NCBI GenBank assembly: GCA_963697335.1
Contig: CAVONQ010000002.1
Location: 32,001 to 96,000 of the forward strand
Source of the DNA: an uncultured cyanobacterium
GTDB taxonomy: Bacteria > Cyanobacteriota > Cyanobacteriia > PCC-6307 > Cyanobiaceae
DNA: 64,000 nucleotides
Reading direction: 5' to 3'
The translations under genes were made by a program, and so were the position numbers. Positions 60,497 through 64,000 of this stretch are shown one piece after another; position 1 is the stretch's first letter; each line of letters starts with the position of its first letter. The notes beneath the pieces are model-generated. The model ran no database searches. It saw only the letters and a list, made by a program, of their open reading frames with translations, and was not told the DNA's origin.

Positions 60497-61528
60497 ATGC
60501 AGACAGGCCTGAGGCCATCCCAGACGCCCGCCTCTGGGGGCCCGCACGAGGCCGAGTCGCCTCTGGTCGACCCCCTTCAGCCCGGCTCCCCTGAGGAGGA
60601 GCAGAGCCCCTGGCGGGCCGATCGTCTCAGGCCGCTCACCCGTCTCAGCGGCCACCTGGTGGTGGCCGTGGTGGCGCTGGTGGTGATCGGCGGAGCCACC
60701 CGGGTCATGCAGGCCGGCCTGGCCTGCCCTGACTGGCCCCTCTGCTACGGCGTGCTGCTGCCGGGCCGGCAGATGAACCTGCAGGTGTTCCTGGAGTGGT
60801 TTCACCGGCTTGACGCTTTTGTGGTGGGAGTCGCCCTGCTGGTGATGGCCGCCGCCAGCCTGGTGGCCAGGCGGCGCCTGCCCGGCTGGCTCCCCTGGGT
60901 CTCCTGCCTGGCCCTGGCGCTGGTGGCCGTGCAGGGGGGTCTTGGGGCCCTCACCGTGACCCAGCTGCTGGCCTCCTCGATGGTGACGGCTCACCTGGCT
61001 GCGGCCCTCAGCCTGCTGGCCCTGCTCAGCGGCCTGCACCAGGCTCTCAAGCTGCACCAGCAGCCCAGTGCTCCAGCCCTGGAGCGGCCCTGGCTGGGGC
61101 TCTGGGGCCTGGCGGTCTGCGCTGCCCTGGTGCTGGTGTTCTGCCAGAGCCTGCTCGGGGCCTGGATGGCCAGCCACTGGGCAGCCGATCGCTGTCTTGC
61201 TGCTGGGGACGACTGCCGCTGGCTGCTGCTGCATCGCCAGCTCGCCCCTGCCGCGGGGGGCGCCGTGCTGGCTGTGGCCTCCCTTGCCGCCCTACGTCCC
61301 GACCTGCCGCGGTCGGCCCGCCTGCTGGCCCTCGGCGGGGCCCTTCTGGTGGTGGCCCAGGTGGTCCTGGGCGTCACCACCGTGAGGCTGTCCCTCGCCG
61401 TGCCCGCCGTGACGATCGCTCACCAGCTCGGCGCGGCCCTGCTGGTGGCCGTGCTGGCCGCCCTGCTGGGCCAGCTGCCCGGCCTGGCCGGCCGGCCTCC
61501 CTCAACATCCCCTACCCCTCTCCCCTGA
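60497..61528 (+). CDS. ctaA: Heme A synthase (COX15/CtaA)
   Basis: GGATRVMQAGLACPDWPLC, EWFHRL, QGGLG, TAHL, LHR, AHQ. Confidence 0.93.
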   Translation: MQTGLRPSQTPASGGPHEAESPLVDPLQPGSPEEEQSPWRADRLRPLTRLSGHLVVAVVALVVIGGATRVMQAGLACPDWPLCYGVLLPGRQMNLQVFLEWFHRLDAFVVGVALLVMAAASLVARRRLPGWLPWVSCLALALVAVQGGLGALTVTQLLASSMVTAHLAAALSLLALLSGLHQALKLHQQPSAPALERPWLGLWGLAVCAALVLVFCQSLLGAWMASHWAADRCLAAGDDCRWLLLHRQLAPAAGGAVLAVASLAALRPDLPRSARLLALGGALLVVAQVVLGVTTVRLSLAVPAVTIAHQLGAALLVAVLAALLGQLPGLAGRPPSTSPTPLP

Positions 61529-61536
61529 GCTGATCC

Positions 61537-62499
61537 ATGGTGAGCCTCTCTGCCCTGCCCATGGCCCAGCCCCCGGTGGTGCGCCCCTCGGTGCGCCTGC
61601 CGGCCTGGCTGGAGGTGGCCAAGCCCCGGCTCATCCCCCTGTTGCTGGCCACCACCCTGGCCGGCATGGCCGTGAGCGGCGCCAGCATCACGACCCCTGT
61701 GGTGCTCTGCACGCTGCTGGGCGGGGCCCTGGCCTCGGCCGCTGCTGGGGTGCTCAACTGCCTCTGGGAACAGGAGCTCGATGGCCGCATGCAGCGCACC
61801 AGCCGTCGTGCCCTGCCCTCGGGGCGTCTGGCCCAGCGCCAGGCCTTCGCCCTTGCGGTGGTGCTCACCCTGGTGTCAGTGGCGGTGCTGGTGGTGGGGG
61901 TGAACCCCCTGGCCGCCAGCCTGGCCCTGCTGGGGCTGTGCAGCTATGTGCTGCTGTACACCGCCCTGCTCAAGCCCCGCACGCCCCAGAACATCGTGAT
62001 CGGCGGGGTGGCGGGAGCGATCCCACCCCTGGTGGGAGCTGCGGCAGCCAGCGGCGAACTCGGCGCCTCCAGCTGGTGGCTGTTCTCGCTGGTGATGGTG
62101 TGGACCCCGGCCCACTTCTGGGCCCTGGCGCTGCTCCTCAAGGATGACTACCGCTCCGTGGGCATCCCCATGCTGCCGGTGGTCAAAGGCGTGCAGGTGA
62201 CGGCCCGGGCGATCAGCAGCTATGCGTGGCTGACGGTGGCGCTGAGCCTGCTGGGGGCCTGGATGCTGCCCACTGGCGGCCTGCTCTACGGCCTGCTGGT
62301 GCTGCCCTTCAACGGCAGGCTGCTGCAACTGGTGCGCAACCTCAGCTGCAGTCCCAACGACCCTGGCTCCGCCAAGGCCCTGTTCCGCTGGTCGATCTTC
62401 TATCTGTTCGGCGTGAGCCTGCTGCTGCTGATGGCTCGCCTCCCCCAGGCGGATCCGTTCTCCATCGGCCTGGCGATGCTGCCTACATTGGTCGGCTGA
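61537..62499 (+). CDS. ctaB: Protoheme IX farnesyltransferase (heme O synthase)
   Basis: [55 protein letters not shown]. Confidence 0.95.
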   Translation: MVSLSALPMAQPPVVRPSVRLPAWLEVAKPRLIPLLLATTLAGMAVSGASITTPVVLCTLLGGALASAAAGVLNCLWEQELDGRMQRTSRRALPSGRLAQRQAFALAVVLTLVSVAVLVVGVNPLAASLALLGLCSYVLLYTALLKPRTPQNIVIGGVAGAIPPLVGAAAASGELGASSWWLFSLVMVWTPAHFWALALLLKDDYRSVGIPMLPVVKGVQVTARAISSYAWLTVALSLLGAWMLPTGGLLYGLLVLPFNGRLLQLVRNLSCSPNDPGSAKALFRWSIFYLFGVSLLLLMARLPQADPFSIGLAMLPTLVG

Positions 62500-62541
62500 T
62501 CGACGCGCAACCGCTCTGATGGCCACGGGAGAGAGGGGCTG

Positions 62542-63561
62542 GTGATCGAAATCGATCGGTTGAGCAAGGCCTACGGCAGCGGCACCTCCAGGGTGGCCGC
62601 CCTCGATGGCCTCAGCCTGAACGTGCCGGCGGGCACGCTCTATGGCTTGCTGGGCCCCAATGGCGCCGGCAAAACCACCGCGCTGCGCATCCTCTGCACC
62701 CTGCTAGCTCCTGACGGGGGCAGCGTCCGGGTGGCCGGCGTGGATGCCCTGCGGGATCCTCGCCAGGTGCGGCGGCTGCTCGGCTATGTGGCCCAGGAGG
62801 TGGCGATCGACAAGATCCTCAGCGGCCGCGAGCTGCTGCAGCTCCAGGGCGACCTCTACCACCTGCAGCCGGCCTTGCGGAACACCCGCATCGCCGAGCT
62901 GGTGGAGCTGCTGGGCATGGGGGACTGGATCGACCGGCGCTGCGGCAGCTATTCCGGTGGCATGCGCCGCCGGCTCGATCTGGCCTGCGGTCTGCTGCAC
63001 GCCCCGCGGGTGCTGGTGCTGGATGAGCCCACCGTGGGTCTTGACATCGAGAGCCGGGCGGCGATCTGGACGGTGCTGCGCCAGCTGCGCGATGGCGGCA
63101 CCACGATTCTGCTCAGCAGTCACTACCTGGAGGAGGTGGATGCCCTGGCGGACCGTCTGGCGATCCTCGAGGCCGGTCGGCTGATCGCCGAGGGCACCCC
63201 ATCGGAGCTCAAGGATGCCCTCGGTGGCGATCGCGTCACCCTGCGGGTGCGGGAGTTCAGCGATGCCGCCGAGGCCAGCCAGGTGCAGGAGCTGTTGAGC
63301 AACTGCCCTGGGGTGCGCCAGGTGGTGGTGAACCGCGCCCAGGGCTATTCCCTCAACCTCGTGGTGGAGCACCAGGGGGTGGTGGAGCAGCTGAGGCACC
63401 AGCTGACCGAGGCCCAACTGCCGGTGTTCGCCCTGGCCCAGAGCCGGCCCAGCCTCGATGATGTGTACCTCCAGGCCACGGGCCGCACATTGATGGATGC
63501 GGAGCTGGCCGTGGCCGGCAGCCGGGATCCGAAGGCCGAACGCAAACAGAGCATGCGCTGA
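62542..63561 (+). CDS. ABC-2 type transporter ATP-binding protein (DrrA-like)
   Basis: [36 protein letters not shown]. Confidence 0.93.
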   Translation: MIEIDRLSKAYGSGTSRVAALDGLSLNVPAGTLYGLLGPNGAGKTTALRILCTLLAPDGGSVRVAGVDALRDPRQVRRLLGYVAQEVAIDKILSGRELLQLQGDLYHLQPALRNTRIAELVELLGMGDWIDRRCGSYSGGMRRRLDLACGLLHAPRVLVLDEPTVGLDIESRAAIWTVLRQLRDGGTTILLSSHYLEEVDALADRLAILEAGRLIAEGTPSELKDALGGDRVTLRVREFSDAAEASQVQELLSNCPGVRQVVVNRAQGYSLNLVVEHQGVVEQLRHQLTEAQLPVFALAQSRPSLDDVYLQATGRTLMDAELAVAGSRDPKAERKQSMR

Positions 63562-63567
63562 TCCGTG

Positions 63568-64000
63568 ATGACCACCACTTCTTCTGCCGCTTCTTCCGGC
63601 GCCGCTTCCCTGTCCAGCACGGGCTCCCCGCCATCGCCGTTGCCCCTCGCCCCGGAGGCCTCCGCCCTGGCCGAGATCAGCCAGGAAACCCTGGCGCTCA
63701 CCAAGCGCCTGTTCCTGCAGCTGCAGCGCCGTCCCTCCACCCTGATCGCCGGAGTGTTGCAGCCCCTGATCTGGCTGATTCTGTTCGGGGCTCTGTTTGC
63801 CAAGGCCCCCGCCGGCCTGCTGCCGGGTGGCATGAGCTACGGCCGCTTCCTGGGGGCCGGGGTGATCGTGTTCACCGCCTTCAGCGGCGCCCTCAACGCC
63901 GGTCTGCCGGTGATGTTCGATCGGGAGTTCGGCTTCCTCAATCGGCTGCTGGTGGCTCCGCTGCGGGCCCGCAGTTCGATCGTGCTGGCCTCGGTGCTGT
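63568..64000 (+). CDS. ABC-2 type transporter permease (runs off the window)
   Basis: Manual translation QETLALTKRLFLQLQRRPSTLIAGVLQPLIWL...FDREFGFLNRLLVAPL. Confidence 0.9.
   Translation, partial: MTTTSSAASSGAASLSSTGSPPSPLPLAPEASALAEISQETLALTKRLFLQLQRRPSTLIAGVLQPLIWLILFGALFAKAPAGLLPGGMSYGRFLGAGVIVFTAFSGALNAGLPVMFDREFGFLNRLLVAPLRARSSIVLASVL

Overview
High-GC (about 70%) chromosomal window from a picocyanobacterium, most consistent with Cyanobium / Synechococcus subcluster 5.2 (inferred from gene content, gene order and GC). It is mostly core genome in four blocks: (1) ftsZ-ftsQ-ddl-miaB ... folC-argD-murA-lpdA-trpC with three tRNAs; (2) rpsD-yidD-murE; (3) ycf46-yidC-rnpA-rpmH-aroH-sppA-glycosyltransferases; (4) vipp1-trx-birA-ndhB-topA-cobT-ribE-ctaEDC/ctaAB-ABC. 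I found no CRISPR array, integrase, transposase, rRNA or prophage gene. The most notable features are: a glutaminase-STAS-cNMP gene next to miaB, divergent from an apparently fused (and +1 frameshifted) dipeptide-epimerase/DUF1611 (DgcA-DgcN-like) gene, possibly a D/L-Glx salvage module; a low-GC islet with an orphan sulfotransferase; a possibly secreted low-complexity protein with a long (GxxxG)n run; and an MDHxx tandem repeat in cytochrome oxidase subunit II. All calls come from reading motifs by eye, with no database search. Start codons are best estimates.
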